Shown here in pieces: positions 1 through 13,310 of a stretch of 64,000 bases of DNA. The translations under genes and the position numbers were made by a program. Location: assembly GCF_009914755.1 (NCBI RefSeq), contig NC_060930.1; one strand, written 5' to 3'. Below the pieces are notes generated by a model, which was not told the DNA's origin, searched no databases, and worked only from the letters and a program-made list of their open reading frames with translations. The DNA comes from the human T2T-CHM13v2.0 reference genome, Homo sapiens. Numbering within the stretch: position 1 is the first letter of the stretch; each line of letters opens with the position of its first letter.

Positions 1-100
1 GTTGATAAACATGAAGGCTAAGTCTTATCTAAGTTACTTGGAAGAAGTGTGGAAAGTTGTTATGAATCCATTCATTCCGTATATTTTATCTTCTCCTTAG

Positions 101-175
101 GTGGTCCATGAGTTGGAACTTTATAACACAGGATATTATTTAGGCATGTTCATGAATTCTTTTGCAGTCTTTCAG
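101..175 (+). CDS. CD109: CD109 exon 16 (VVHELELYNTGYYLGMFMNSFAVFQ)
   Basis: ttctccttag| ... CAG|gtatg; 75 nt. Confidence 0.93.
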
Positions 176-423
176 GTATGTTTTGCTTGCTATATTGAAA
201 AGATATTAATATTTTTTACTATTGCAAACCCTTTCAGAATTAGTGATCATTTTGAGATGTTAACCTTTTATTAAATGTGTCACTGAAGCGCAGTCTTCTG
301 TAAGTATAATTTGAAATGAAAAGATAATCATCTTTCCAGTTTTAAAAGCAAATGGAACAATTCACCATTGGAAAAGTTAATGGAATTGACATTAAACAAA
401 TAATTTTTCCTTTATGTATTTCC

Positions 424-505
424 ATATAAATATATTTTATGTATATATATAATATATAAATATATTTTATGTATATATAATATATAAATATATTTTATAT
501 ATATT
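424..505. repeat. AT-rich short tandem repeat
   Basis: atataaatatattttatgtatatat unit about 2.5 times. Confidence 0.8.
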
Positions 506-532
506 TCCTTGACTTTGAAATGGCTCTTATGC

Positions 533-780
533 ATGAGTGTGTGTGTGTGTATGTGTGTGTGTGTAAGACTGATGTGTGTATGTGTGTTTGAGAAAGATCA
601 ATGTGTATGTGTGTGTGTGTGTTTGAGAGATCGATATGTGTATGCGTATGTGTGTGTGTGTTTGAGTGAGAAAGATCGATGTGCATGTGCGTGTGTGTGT
701 TTGAGTGAGAAAGGTTGATGTGTGTGTGCGTGTGTGTGTGTGTTTGAGTGAGAAACAGAAAGGTTGAATGTATGTGCATG
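533..780. repeat. Compound (TG)n minisatellite
   Basis: TG runs punctuated by recurring tttgag(tg)agaaag..gat units. Confidence 0.9.
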
Positions 781-899
781 AGTATACCTAAGCTCTCAAA
801 AATGAGCACAAGTGAGTCAGGAGTTTGGGAGACTGCCTTGATAATTTAGTGAGCATTTAAACTTGTGTTTTAAAAGAAAATAAAAATTATTCTTTTTAG

Positions 900-960
900 G
901 AATGTGGACTCTGGGTATTGACAGATGCAAACCTCACGAAGGATTATATTGATGGTGTTT
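900..960 (+). CDS. CD109: CD109 exon 17 (ECGLWVLTDANLTKDYIDGV)
   Basis: tctttttag| ... |gtaagt; 61 nt, frame continuous. Confidence 0.93.
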
Positions 961-1377
961 GTAAGTAATACATGGCGACATGCTTGTATTTGTCTTTCAC
1001 ATGATATTCAACATTACTTATATAGGTATGGATATTTTTTAGATGAACATAGAGACTGTGATTTTCATTTTTTTGTTCTCTTCTCCCAAAATGTTTGGAG
1101 TTTAATGTACTTAGAAGTACATCTGGGCCATGACATGGAACGTTCATCTGAGCTCCTGTCTAGATATTTGAAGTGAATGCTTTCCTTTTTCTCTAGGTAA
1201 TTCTTTGAGGTAGTTATATTTTTGGACATACTGGAAGCTGCTTTTCTTCTGATTTGTATCACAAACTGTCCTATTCTTTTGGAATTATTTAAAAGGAGCA
1301 ACATATTTTTGTACTCCAGCTTTTTGATGTTCACCTAGAAAATAGCCCAGATGCCATCATGCCATAAAGTATTCCGG

Positions 1378-1447
1378 TACACACACACACACACACACAC
1401 ACAGACACAGACACACACACACACACAGAGACATAGACACACATGCA

Positions 1448-1490
<43 letters not shown>
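1378..1490. repeat. (CA)n microsatellite, interrupted
   Basis: direct. Confidence 0.95.
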
Positions 1491-1492
<2 letters not shown>

Positions 1493-2268
1493 CCTCATCA
1501 ATCTGAGTTCTTCCTGGGCAGGATTATATCTGTACATCCTAGTTTCTTGAATTGCCAAATAGAGTTGGCTGCCAAGTAATAATAAGTGTGCTTTTAGAAA
1601 GACGTCATAAAATGTTTTGACTGAAGGAAATGTATAAATGTATAAATTAGAATGGTTAACCTTAGAAGGGATTCTCTTTTCTTTCAGGTTAAGTTATACT
1701 AACATCATCTTGAAAGGCTTCTAGAACTGTCACAGTTTCTATCCCTGAATTCCCTGTTTCTGTCAGGTATTCTGTTATTCCATGCTAAGCCCCCGGGTCT
1801 CTTTGGGCTGGTTCTTGCCCCAACAGGACACCTGATCCTCTGTCCTGAAACTTAAAAGATAATTTTATAGTCTTGAAGATGTTATGAAGTCATTATGATC
1901 TCTCTACATTAAAGACATGTGGTACATTTAGCTTTCCTCATATAACCCTCTATCCTAGACAATCTTCCAAGCATGTTTTTCCATTTTTCAGTCTCAGTTT
2001 TTACCCATCTTTGTTCTTTTTTACATATTGAATCCTTCTTGATGCCCACTGTAATACCCATTCTATTGCCAGTAATACTTACTGTATCCTTTACCTTTTC
2101 TGAAAACCTTCTTCTACCTTTTCACTGTAATAGAAGGAACCTGATACTCTCACTGGCACATTATGTCTCTGGACACCTCAAGTGATTGACATTCATTTTG
2201 TATGTGGAGTTTACAATTCATTCTCTCCAGTGACTGTTTTTCTAACTACTGTCAATGTTTATTTATAG

Positions 2269-2410
2269 ATGACAATGCAGAATATGCTGAGAGGTTTATG
2301 GAGGAAAATGAAGGACATATTGTAGATATTCATGACTTTTCTTTGGGTAGCAGTCCACATGTCCGAAAGCATTTTCCAGAGACTTGGATTTGGCTAGACA
2401 CCAACATGGG
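2269..2410 (+). CDS. CD109: CD109 exon 18 (bait-like region, ...VRKHFPETWIWLDTNMG)
   Basis: atttatag| ... GG|gtaaaa; conserved A2M-family FPETW motif. Confidence 0.95.
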
Positions 2411-3361
2411 GTAAAAATTTATAAAGTTCTTTGCCCATACATATTTTGTTTAGTGTTTGTTTTAAATAAGCTTTGCCCGCTTTCTAATGTTTAAGTACAA
2501 ACATAGTGTAACTAAGAACTAAGTAGACCAAAAGGATTTTTTAGGAAATTATATTTATTGAATCTAAATACAGTTTTTGATAAAGCCACACATAAATTAT
2601 GGCAGGAAGGTCTCATCAATGAGAAGATAGGCCTTTTTTTTTTTTTTTAACTGAAGGGTGATTTTGACTTCCTTGAAGTCTCATGATTCTTGTTGAAGAA
2701 AAATTGCTGGGAGTACATTTGTTGTCACAGGATGGGAAGCACTCATGATTACCTCCTGTGACCCCTGGCAGTGCTGCTAACTGAACCCTGCTCCTCACAA
2801 AGCATTCCCAGGAGTCACAGGGAGAAGGGGCATGGGTGGTGGAAAGAATTCAGCTTGGCTGATAAACCCCGTACCACCTGGCCTGATAATTGAGCAGGTA
2901 AATCATGAAATCCACATAGTATTTTATAGTCAGCTGTTTAAAGATACTTGAGTTAACACATGAGTGAAATCTCAAGGAAACAAATAACAGCATTGACAGG
3001 GATACAGAGAAAAACTTCTGCAAATTTAGAGAAAAAATTGGAGTTAAGTTTGAAAATGTGTATTTATTATCTATAAAAAATTTGTGAAAAAATAATGTTT
3101 ATTCTGAAGATGTAAATTTTGCAGGAAGATTTTATTAGAATATGGATCAATATGCAGTATTATGACCTTATGATGACCTATTCTTTGAAAAGTTGGGATT
3201 TACTGTTTTATACTTAAACCTTTTAAATGGTTTTAAATTCAGATATGTAAACAATAGGAAAAATTGAAATTCTTCCAAAAATAGTTTAGATTATTTTGGC
3301 TTATTTCAAAATGTATCAGTTCTTGGTTTTGTGATGTTTATATTTATTATCTTGACTTCAG

Positions 3362-3479
3362 TTCCAGGATTTACCAAGAATTTGAAGTAACTGTACCTGA
3401 TTCTATCACTTCTTGGGTGGCTACTGGTTTTGTGATCTCTGAGGACCTGGGTCTTGGACTAACAACTACTCCAGTGGAG
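3362..3479 (+). CDS. CD109: CD109 exon 19 (SRIYQEFEVTVPDSITSW...), contains HPA-15 codon 703
   Basis: acttcag| ... GAG|gtattg; PDSITSW motif. Confidence 0.95.
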
Positions 3480-3745
3480 GTATTGTATTAAAGAGCTGCT
3501 TATCAGTATTACGGTGACATTAAGCTAATACAGCGTCAGCTCCTCAATTTTTTTTTAAATGACTGCTTATAATGTTTATCACAGTTTAGAGATTCCTTGG
3601 CTTTGTCTTTTGGTTTTTATCTGTTTTATATTTAAGAATGTGAGCTATATATAGCTATATAAACTGCTAAATGTGCAAAGTCTGTATTAAGATTTGGGTA
3701 GAAAAGTTTATTATTGACCTGAACTAACCATCTCCAAAGGCCAGA

Positions 3746-3797
3746 AGAGAGAGAAAGAAAAAGAGAGAGAGAGAAAGAGGAGAGGAGAGAGAGAGTG
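3746..3797. repeat. (GA)n-rich repeat
   Basis: direct. Confidence 0.85.
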
Positions 3798-4390
3798 AGT
3801 CTTTCTATTTGTCCTCTTCAAGAATGAACAGAACTTCTCAAGATGTTCCCTAGGCAATATTCCATCATGTCTTTTGGTCAAATTGCATCATATATTGTTT
3901 CCTAAGCCAGTCACTGGCAGGAGGAATATAATGACCATGAGTGGCCTGAATTTCTCATTTGAAATTGAAATGTAATTTTGATTTACAAAATAATCGTATT
4001 CATGAAAAATACAGTGTAGATTGGAAAATGCTTTGGGTTTATATAGAAATTGGAATTAGATTGTAAGCTCAGGCCACTATAAACAGACAATTCAGCAACA
4101 TGAATGTCTGAAGGGACATTCAAGAATCATTAGGAACATGGGGCAATTTTTCATTGTCTGGGGCTGTCCTGAGTATTGCAGACTGTCACCCACTAACTAC
4201 CTATAGCACCTTCGAGTCATGGTGACAATCTAAGACACCTTCACAAATGTGCAGATAAACTCTAGAGGGAGTTACTGCTGCCAGCAAAACCACTGGCCTA
4301 AACTAATCCAGGTTTAGCTTTAGATGCAGGTGTGGGGCTTGGCCTTTTCTGTAGGACTTGGCCAACAATATCAGAATTGGGTCACTGAGG

Positions 4391-4527
4391 AGGAAGCACA
4401 TGTATTCAGATGTCCCACACATTTTCTCATCTGTATGTAAAAATAAATCATATATATGTTTTAGAAATAATTTCCAATTTCCTCTTTAAATTTAGTCAGG
4501 AAGCACATGTATTCAGATGTCCCACAC
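4391..4527. repeat. 30-bp direct duplication flanking a 77-bp copy of 7251-7316
   Basis: aggaagcacatgtattcagatgtcccacac at 4391-4420 and 4498-4527. Confidence 0.92.
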
Positions 4528-5016
4528 TAGAACAGGGGCTGTTGGATTTGGCAGGGCTTTTAAAGCAGATTGGTGGAGTCAATACAGCATGAAAGAAGAG
4601 CAAATTGCTTCGGGATTAGACAGGCTGGGTTCTAGTTCTGGCTCCTCTACTTGCCAGCAATATGAATTTGTACTAGTTACAAAAATCTCAAAAATTTAAT
4701 TTTCTTTTCTATAAACTAGGAGACTAACAGTAACCTTATGGGGTTGTAATAACCAAACAAAATAATTTATGTGAAGTGTTTGGTTGCTATAAGGCACTTA
4801 ATAAAGTATAGCAATTATTATGTTAAGTAACATAAATCAAGTCAATTTGCCGTCATTCATTTGTGATAAGTTGCTGTTTGCTTTCTGTTGATAGCAAGTT
4901 GACATTTCTAGCTGAAGTTAAAAGCTTCACAGGTTTTATAAAGATTGCATTTAATTGCATAAAATGTGAAGAATTTTGACCTGAATAAAAATATGTACTC
5001 GTTGTGTTCTTTCCAG

Positions 5017-5130
5017 CTCCAAGCCTTCCAACCATTTTTCATTTTTTTGAATCTTCCCTACTCTGTTATCAGAGGTGAAGAATTTGCTTTGGAAATAACT
5101 ATATTCAATTATTTGAAAGATGCCACTGAG
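5017..5130 (+). CDS. CD109: CD109 exon 20 ([22 protein letters not shown]...)
   Basis: ttccag| ... GAG|gtaatg; LPYSVIRGE motif. Confidence 0.96.
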
Positions 5131-5394
5131 GTAATGTATTCAAGCTTTTGTTGATCATTTACACTACAGGAGAAAATCGAGGTAGCGTGAAGGGATTGGG
5201 TTGTGTAGTATCTGGGCATTTGGGATTCTAAGCACTTTATACATTTCTGGGAGGCTGAAAATAGACATGTCTTGTCAGTGATTTCTTCTGCTAATTAATG
5301 TCTAAGGATATCATTAGCATGTCTACACATTACCTCCTTGAATTTTCAGCATAGGTTTTCCTCTTTTGCCATGTAAGTTCCTTATTGTCTCTGA

Positions 5395-5793
<399 letters not shown>

Positions 5794-6174
5794 TGCCATT
5801 CTGTTATGTTTGTAGCCCCCATGTTTATATTTTCAAGGATTCACTATTGGATTCACGTACCTTGTATCTCCTTAGCTAGTCATTTCCCTGGGAGGCAGGA
5901 ATTAGGTTCACTGTTTGTGTTGTGCCCACAGTATGTTAACCAAGTGACTGATTTTTCTTCCCCCAGAATAAGTAGAGATACGTAATTAATTTTATTACAT
6001 GGATGAAAATGACATGATATCTTTAGGCACTTTATATATAATTTTTTTTAATTTAAATTTTAATTTTTTAAGCTTTTTATTGGCATATTTGGCTGACAAA
6101 GTGGGAAGTAAATTTTTTTAATTTTTTAATTTTACTTTTTAACCCAGTTATCATGGTACCATGTAACAAGCAAA

Positions 6175-6370
6175 AGATCTAGAGTCTAAAGGCCTGGATT
6201 CAATGTTTAATCTACCACTTACCAGCAAATGACTTAATTGTAGTTTCCTCATCTGTAAAATGGAAATGATAATTATTACACCCACAAAAGATACCTTGAG
6301 AAGCAGATGAAAACATCAATGGGAAAATAATTCGTAAAATTTAAGGCCTAGAGAAATGCTATTATTGATG
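6175..6370. mobile_element. MIR fragment
   Basis: core agtttcctcatctgtaaaatgg. Confidence 0.6.
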
Positions 6371-6894
6371 AGACTTGCAACTTTGGGATAATTTACAAAA
6401 GTTTACAACCAAGATATGCTTCAGGACTAATATCTGAGTTGTACTTTCCTTGGAATAATTTTTTACAGAGACTTCAATAAATTCAATAACATTTCATGCT
6501 GTTTTCTTCAAATTTTTCTAATGAGACCAGTATGTTCCAGGATGACATAGTTAAATCAAGCTAGTAGTAATATCAATATATGAAATAGCCTTTCTGTGCA
6601 CATCCTTACCATCTAATGGCTTCAGATAGTGAGAGAATTTAAAGTTAGTGGGAGGACTAGAAATGGGGCTGAAGATCGCCCTTTCCCCATGTATCTTGAG
6701 GTTGAGGGGAAAGCATAGAAAAGAAATGAAGTTTTTCCTGATACTCTTTGATACTCTCCTTGGTCGAATCTTTGTCTCATCTTTTCGCTAGTCTTGAGCC
6801 TCACAGATTTGACAGTACTTAAACTGGTGATAAAAGAGCACTTTACTGAAGAGCATCTATTATACAAAAGCTTTGATTTATTTTTTTCTTTCAG

Positions 6895-7113
6895 GTTAAG
6901 GTAATCATTGAGAAAAGTGACAAATTTGATATTCTAATGACTTCAAGTGAAATAAATGCCACAGGCCACCAGCAGACCCTTCTGGTTCCCAGTGAGGATG
7001 GGGCAACTGTTCTTTTTCCCATCAGGCCAACACATCTGGGAGAAATTCCTATCACAGTCACAGCTCTTTCACCCACTGCTTCTGATGCTATCACCCAGAT
7101 GATTTTAGTAAAG
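6895..7113 (+). CDS. CD109: CD109 exon 21
   Basis: tttcag| ... AAG|gtaaat; 219 nt open. Confidence 0.95.
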
Positions 7114-8129
7114 GTAAATATTTGATGTCTGAAAGAAGTGAAATGGAAATACGTAATTAAAAAGGAAGCAGAAGGTTTTTTTCTCTTGGTTAAATTTGTT
7201 GGCATATCTAGTAGGTCATCTTCTTTACCCTTCTGGTAATGCCTAATCACTTTCTAATCTGTATGTAAAAATAAATCATTTAGAAATAATTGCCAATTTC
7301 CTCTTTAAATTTAGTCAGGAATGTGACTATAAAGACTAACGTCTCTTTTGCAGTCATTTACATCTACAGACTGTGTTACGTTGGGATCCTATTAAAACAC
7401 GGTCAAGTCGATTTGTAGATTTGGAATTTTGGAATTTTTCAGTGAAGGTAAAAGAGATTTTGTAGATTTTTTTCAGAGAAGACATTCTAGACAGAAAGAT
7501 AATGAGCATAGTGGATAAACACTTGTATTCTGGGGTGAGGCAACCCTGTGTTTGAATCTCAGCTCTGCCAAGTGTGATTTTGAACAAGGCATTTAATCTC
7601 CCCCTCTTTGGATAATAATAGGAACTACCTCAAAGGGTTTTTTTCCTTACATTTTCATCTTCTTCTTTGTCATTTTCAAGGCCAGTCCATGAGATGCCTT
7701 ATCTAATTTAACTAGAACTTACTAACAGATTTGAAGTAAGAATAACAAAATGGTACGTGCTGTGTCATCAGATTTAATTCATTTCCATGGAAATGGTGCC
7801 TATTAAGTGTAAATCCTGTGAAAAACACGTTTCAGTTAATGAAGGGTACTGTACTTAGTGAGAAAATCTAAAAGGAAAAATTAATCAAAATTATGGTAAT
7901 TTTTTGTAATACAGACTAACAAGAAAAACTCATTCTGTGAAATGAATGTATTACTTGTTTAAATAAAATATCTAATTTAAAGAAAACAAAATAAGAAATG
8001 ATAGGTGCCTATTTAGCCACACACAAACCTCAGACACAACAGGTCAGATGTTTGTGCTCATATCTGCGTATAGTTCTCTGTAAACATGTGAGTAGAGACC
8101 ATGTTAATTGTGTTCATTTTTTTCAACAG

Positions 8130-8274
8130 GCTGAAGGAATAGAAAAATCATATTCACAATCCATCTTATTAGACTTGACTGACAATAGGCTACAGAGTAC
8201 CCTGAAAACTTTGAGTTTCTCATTTCCTCCTAATACAGTGACTGGCAGTGAAAGAGTTCAGATCACTGCAATTG
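8130..8274 (+). CDS. CD109: CD109 exon 22 (AEGIEKSYSQS...)
   Basis: caacag| ... G|gtaaga. Confidence 0.95.
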
Positions 8275-8444
8275 GTAAGAATAGAGTATATCACCATCTA
8301 TTGGTTTAATTGTATATGATCATATATGTTGTTCTTGTAATTATAGATGTATTTTCTTATTGAGTCCTAATAAGAGATGGCAAAAGTTTTTAATTGGGCC
8401 CAACAACTCATTATAATATGAAGGCTAGCAAATTATGTATCCTA

Positions 8445-8835
8445 AAACTGTTCTCAATCTTCAATGTGCATAAGAATCACCTGGGAGTCTTGTTTAAAAG
8501 CAAATTCTGGTTTAGTAGGTCTGGAGTGGGGCCTGGGAATCTGCTTTTCTAACAAGCTCCTAGGTGTTGGTGATACTCTGGCTTGTAGACCACACTTTGA
8601 GTAGCAAGGCCTCACTATACCGTGGCTGGAGGGAGGGTTCATTCCTAAGAGCAGAGCTTCTGGCTTCTGTGGCTCTCCACCACTGGTGAATATCAGAATC
8701 TTCTAAGGAGCTCTGTAAATACAGAAACATCTGGGTTCTACTCTAAACCTACTAAGTCAGAATCGCTTGGGCTATGGCTTGGTCATGTATATCTTAAAAA
8801 ACTTTCACAAGTGATTCTGATAACCAAAGGTTGAG
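8445..8835. mobile_element. MER5-like hAT DNA transposon relics (two pieces)
   Basis: agaatcacctgggag..., gtaggtctggagtggggcctgggaatctgc, gtgattctga. Confidence 0.6.
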
Positions 8836-9114
8836 TACTCCTCCCTAGGGCAGTTCTCTGTGCAGGATATGAGTAACCTTTACAGTAGGAAGTTACTCAC
8901 TGACTTCGGTCGCCTCTCCTAGTTACTTTCCATAACATAATAGTACTTTTCAAAAATTGGCAATTTATAATTGTATAAATTTATGGGATACAAAGTGATA
9001 TTATGGCTTATGAATGCAATGTGGAATAACTAAATCAAGCTGGTTGACGTAGTCATCACCTCAAATACTTAACTGTTTTTTTTGTGGGAAGAACATTTGA
9101 AATTTGCTGTCTGA

Positions 9115-9415
<301 letters not shown>

Positions 9416-9689
9416 TTTTTTTTTTTTTTTCTTTTGATGGAGTCTTGCTCTGTCTCCCAGGCTAGAGTGCAGTGGCAGGATCTTGGCTCACTGCAACCTC
9501 TGCCTCTTGGGGTTCAAGCGAGTCTCCTGCCTCAGCCTCCTGAGTAGCTGGAATTACAGGCACGTGCCACCACACCCAGCTAGTTTTTGTAGTTTTAGTA
9601 GAGATGGGCTTTTGCAGTGTTGGCCAGGCTGGTCTCGAACCCCTTACCCAAAGTGCTGGGATTACAGGTGTGAGCCATGGCACTCAGCC
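9416..9689 (-). mobile_element. AluS-like with internal deletion
   Basis: reverse Alu lacking ~25 nt of left arm. Confidence 0.9.
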
Positions 9690-9754
9690 TTTCTTAGCAA
9701 TTTGGAAATTTACAATACTCTTGTTATTAACTATATTTACCATGCTAAAAGTCC

Positions 9755-10057
9755 TTTTTTTTTTTTTTTTTTTTGAGATGGAGTCTTTCTCTGTAGCCCA
9801 GGCTGGAGTGCAGTGGTGTGATCTCGGTTTACTGCAACCACCGCCTCCTGGGTTTAAGCAGTTCTTATACCTTGGCCTCCTATGAAGATGGGACTACAGG
9901 TGTGTGCCACCATGCCCGGCTAATTTTTTGTATTTTCATTAGAGACGTGATTTCACCATGTTGGCCAGGCTGGTCTCAAACCCCTCACCTCAGGTGATCC
10001 ACCCACCTCAGCCTCCCAAAGTGCCAGGATTACAGGCATGAGCCATTGCGCCCAGCC
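9755..10057 (-). mobile_element. AluS
   Basis: reverse Alu; ctaaaagt flanking duplication. Confidence 0.93.
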
Positions 10058-10098
10058 TAAAAGTACTTTTTAATTAGACATAGTGTCTACACAAATGG

Positions 10099-10578
10099 TG
10101 TTATTAATCAGGGTTCTCCAGAGAAACAGAACCAATAGGAGATACTTACATATAAAAGGAGGTTTATTATGAGGAATTGGCTCATGCAATTATGGAGGCT
10201 GAGAAGTCCCATGATCTGCTTTTGCAAGCTGGAGACCCAGGAAGGCTGGTAGTACTCACTCTGAGTCCAAAGGCCTGTGAAGCAGAGGAGCTGATGATGT
10301 AAATCCCAGTCCTAGGAGAAGATGAGATGAGATGTCTGAGCTCAAGTAGTGAGGCAGGAAAAAAAGGGTGAATTCCTCCTTCCTCAAGCTTTTGTCTATT
10401 CAGGCTGTCAGTGGATTGGATGGTGCCCACACACACTGGGGAGGACAATCTGCTGGACCCAGTCCACCAATTCAAATGCTAATGTCATCTAGAAACACCC
10501 TCACAGACACTCAGAAGCAATGCTTAATCTAGGCACCCCTTGGCTCACTTAAGTTGACACACAAAATTAACCCTCACA
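10099..10578 (-). mobile_element. MLT2 (ERVL) solo LTR
   Basis: gggttctccagagaaacagaaccaatagga ... gttgacacacaaaattaaccctcaca; 5-bp TSD aatgg at 10094-10098 and 10579-10583. Confidence 0.85.
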
Positions 10579-10779
10579 AATGGTTTGTTTATATAGTTGT
10601 GCTTTACAAATAACTGAAGAAAACATTTTAATTAATGACGTCTAATAGTTTGTTAGGTCTTTAAGGTGTTAGGACCTAAAACACTTTTTTACAGTTCTTT
10701 TATATTTCACTGGCAGATGTAATGCTTTTTTATTATAACCCAAACAACCAATCCATAGGCAGAGGACTTTATTTGGAGG

Positions 10780-10876
10780 CATATATATATATACATACAC
10801 ACACACACATATATATATATATATACACATACACATATATATATATACACATACACATATATATATATATATATAT

Positions 10877-10911
<35 letters not shown>
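10780..10911. repeat. (TA)n/(CA)n compound microsatellite
   Basis: direct. Confidence 0.95.
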
Positions 10912-10916
<5 letters not shown>

Positions 10917-11044
10917 TTTTTGGAAGAGGCAGGGTTTAGCTATGTTTGCCCCAGGCTGGACTTGAACTTCTGAGCTCATGTAGTCCTCCTGCATCAGCCC
11001 CTTGCATAACTGGGACTACAGGCATGCACCACTGTGCCTGGCCA
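10912..11044 (-). mobile_element. FLAM/Alu monomer
   Basis: single reverse Alu arm with T tail. Confidence 0.75.
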
Positions 11045-12306
11045 ATTCTTAAAAGGAATTAAATAAGCTCTCTATTTAGGGGAATAAATTCTGCTTAAGC
11101 ATCTCCCACAGTGTTGGGATGCTGGGAGATGCACTACACATACATACACACACACACACGCACACATATACACAGAGGGAAGGAGCCTGGCTTTTTAAAT
11201 ATGTACCATCACTCCTTACACAGGAACGATTCTGTCTGTCGTCATGGAAATACCCCGAGGCTTAATTTTTATGCTTGATGTAAAGAACGGATTTTCAAGT
11301 TTTATTTTTACATGTTGTTTTAAAGACCTATTTTGTATCCCAGAATGTACGAATTTTAGCTTGCTTCTTTGAACTTTGATAGTCTATGTTCACTTTGAAT
11401 ATTAAACACATAGCCTGCAGTGGTAATAATATAACCTCTATTTTTTTCTTTGTATTCACATCTAAAATTTAAGCTATACTGGCACAGCTTCAGTCTATTC
11501 ATATGAAACAGGTTCTTTTCCCTTTTTTTTCATATTCATTTTTTAGGATCACATTTTCACTAGGTATTTGGACTTGGCTTGGTATAAGTTTTCAAAATAA
11601 ACTACATAGAAAGATACTCTTATCTATACAGCTTAACAATGGCAGGGCCAAAATTAGAACTCAGCCTTCATATTTCTGAATTTTTGCTACTTTCCCTGAG
11701 TTGTAGTGTTAGGATGTGGGTAGAGGGTTTTTAAAGCATGTGTTTTGTTTAATTTTAGATTACTAACTTTGAATCCTTTTCCGAATCCTTTTGATCCTGA
11801 GATTAATTGAAATACTTATATTTGTTGTTACTAAACAGAACACATTGGAAAACACTACAATCCTCATTGTTTTTTTAAAAAATTATTTCTCAAGTTCTTG
11901 TGGTGTATTAGTAAGAAATAAGAATAAAATTTTGTTTGCGTGAAGAATACTACTAATAAAATGTTTCTTTCCTGTATGAGTGATGGTGTCTTACTGAGCA
12001 ATTCTGTACATTTTTTTAAAGATTTTTAAAAAAATTATTTTTTGCCTAATTTATGCCACATGCTTAACTGAGCTAAAAATGTCCTCTTTCATCACATGAC
12101 CTACAAGTTCAGTACCAGAGCATTGTTATTTTTTTGACCAGTCTTCCTAAAAGCTTGGTGTAAAGTTTCAACTCTGTTCCAAGCAGTGGAATAATGATAT
12201 TGCTTCAATGACAGAGGTCTTCTGTACTCAGTGGAAGTCTCTTTGCCACCAGCAGGTCGTTGTTACTGAGTATTTACTGAATGAACTGCATGTCTTGTGC
12301 TTCCAG

Positions 12307-12483
12307 GAGATGTTCTTGGTCCTTCCATCAATGGCTTAGCCTCATTGATTCGGATGCCTTATGGCTGTGGTGAACAGAACATGATAAATTTTGCTCCAAA
12401 TATTTACATTTTGGATTATCTGACTAAAAAGAAACAACTGACAGATAATTTGAAAGAAAAAGCTCTTTCATTTATGAGGCAAG
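12307..12483 (+). CDS. CD109: CD109 exon 23, thioester motif GCGEQ (CGEQ at 12366-12377)
   Basis: ttccag| ... G|gtaagc; [14 protein letters not shown]. Confidence 0.98.
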
Positions 12484-13084
12484 GTAAGCATTTTAGAGAC
12501 CTACATTTGTTCGTAGAAAAAAATTTGTTTTTTTCAGGTAGGGTTCATTCTAGACCATATTTCAAAATAGATGGATTTTGTCTTAGGTAAGTGATGGGCT
12601 ACACGGTGTTGACATGTGCAGGAAGTGCAAACAATGGAAAGCTGTTACAATTCTTCCTTTAGCTAACTATTCACTCACTGCTGCTAAGATGTTTGTTAGT
12701 AATGGCTTAAGAGTTAGTTTCTGGTGGGAGGGCTTGTATTATACTAAGAGATCTGAAATTTAAAACTCTTTAAAAATCTAGAGGAATACTCATTCATTTT
12801 ATTACACATTTGTGGAGTGTTTCTTAGTGCCAGGATCAGTTTTCGTGCCAAGAAAACAGAGGGAGCCAGGGCCTCTCTTCTTAAAGAATTCGCTGCTCAA
12901 TGGAGAAGATGGTTTGTATGTAAACAGACGCAGTGCCGTGTGGTGGGGACCTTCTCAGTGCATTTAAAATGATGAGGAGGACCTGCTGGACCCTGAGGAA
13001 ATGTCATGCTAGTGAAGACTGTATCTTGACACCTTGAAAGGTGGAAACTGTTCACAGGCACCAGATCCTTTGTTTTGGCAACTT

Positions 13085-13310
13085 GTTAATAACAGCAGCT
13101 AACATGAGTTGAGTGTGCACTGTGTGGCAGGCAGTGTTCTAAACACTTTACATCTCATACCTCATTGGAGGCTCACCATTAGTATTAGCATGATCCTGTT
13201 TTTTTGCAGATGAGGAAGCTGAGGTGCAGAAAAGTTAGCTAACTTGCCCAGGGTCATATAGTCATACAGAGCTTGGATTTGGACTCTGAGCCTATGCTCT
13301 TGACATCCAT
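13085..13310. mobile_element. MIR
   Basis: ttttgcagatgaggaagctgaggtgcagaaaagttagctaacttgcccagggtcata. Confidence 0.7.

Noticed and set aside
495-1558. HT/CV-rich ORFs
   Set aside because: Translations of TG/CA microsatellites
4391-4527. 30-bp repeat-spacer-repeat resembling a mini CRISPR array
   Set aside because: Only two repeats, human intron, no cas genes; the spacer is a local copy of 7251-7316
6895-6906. AAG|GTAATC donor-like site 6 nt into exon 21
   Set aside because: Too close to the acceptor to be a plausible exon; no evidence of use
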